Shown one piece after another: positions 31,548-32,000 of a stretch of DNA of 32,000 nt. The translations under genes and the position numbers were made by a program. Every line of letters begins with the position of its first letter. Within the stretch, counting starts at the first letter, position 1. The notes below the pieces were generated by a model. It did no database searches and was not told where the DNA came from. It saw nothing but the letters and a program-made list of their open reading frames with translations. The stretch lies in assembly GCA_029008095.1 (NCBI GenBank), contig JAQXJB010000025.1, forward strand, positions 34,448-66,447. The letters run 5' to 3'. The stretch is from Clostridiales bacterium (GTDB lineage Bacteria > Bacillota > Clostridia > Oscillospirales > Oscillospiraceae).

Positions 31548-32000
31548 ATGTTGGAAAGCATGATTGACAGCCTGTATATCAACAGGGGCTTATACTATGC
31601 GCTTTTTGTGCCCGTATGCAGCAAATACAAACTGACCATGACGGAGATGCTCGTGCTGCTCTATTTGGCCAAGAATCAGCAGTGCGACACGGCGTCTGGT
31701 ATTGTCGACAGGCTCAAGATCACAAAATCTCACATTTCCGCGTCGGTCCGGGACCTGGAGGAGCGCGGATACTTACAGGGCAGCTATATGGGCCACGACC
31801 GCAGAACGATCCATCTGCGTTTGTGCGACGAGGCCGCAAAGATCGTCCGGGAAGGAAACCAGGTTCAGCAGGAGTATCTCTCGGCGATCAGCCGGGGGTT
31901 TTCCGGGGAGGAGATCAAGACCTTCGGCAGCTATCTTGAGCGGATCAATGCCAACGTGGAGGACTACCTGCAAAACCAGCTACATTTGAAAAGGGGCTGA
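31548..32000 (+). CDS. MarR family transcriptional regulator
   Basis: 150 aa. Winged-HTH segment LTMTEMLVLLYLAKNQQCDTASGIVDRLKITKSHISASVRDLEERGYL...DRRTIHLRL. The stop is at 31998-32000. Confidence 0.85.
   Translation: MLESMIDSLYINRGLYYALFVPVCSKYKLTMTEMLVLLYLAKNQQCDTASGIVDRLKITKSHISASVRDLEERGYLQGSYMGHDRRTIHLRLCDEAAKIVREGNQVQQEYLSAISRGFSGEEIKTFGSYLERINANVEDYLQNQLHLKRG

Overview
This is a high-GC, Firmicutes/Clostridia-like chromosomal window; the taxonomic guess rests only on gene order, SLH domains and Shine-Dalgarno sites. Two conserved housekeeping operons lie on the + strand: rimP-nusA-ylxR-ylxQ-infB (0.37-5.1 kb) and cdsA-dxr-rseP-ispG-polC (19.0-27.8 kb). Between them is a ~13 kb block of minus-strand envelope and accessory genes. 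It holds an SLH-anchored S41 peptidase that looks inactivated, an SDR-MBL-SDR cluster, a 749-aa SLH protein, a YknXYZ/MacAB-like HlyD+ABC pump and a lipoprotein. The right end carries a metallophosphoesterase, a Zn-dependent alcohol dehydrogenase, a flavodoxin-like FMN reductase and a MarR regulator. I saw no rRNA, tRNA, CRISPR, transposase, integrase or phage genes. The most unusual content is non-coding. Roughly 7% of the window, covering most of the larger intergenic gaps, consists of three interleaved families of structured repeats. (1) A ~100-bp terminal-inverted-repeat hairpin element occurs in 7 full and 4 partial copies. (2) REP/BIME-like units made of GTAGGG plus a GC-rich palindrome occur about 10 times in 3 stem subfamilies, and one sits inside an 82-bp tandem duplication. 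(3) An array of short hairpins separated by GTGAAAT, mirrored by CTTCAC, occurs twice. The two copies of that array differ mainly by compensatory base-pair swaps. No candidate mobilising enzyme is encoded in the window. All protein calls come from reading motifs in the supplied translations, with no database search, and the repeat coordinates were aligned by hand.
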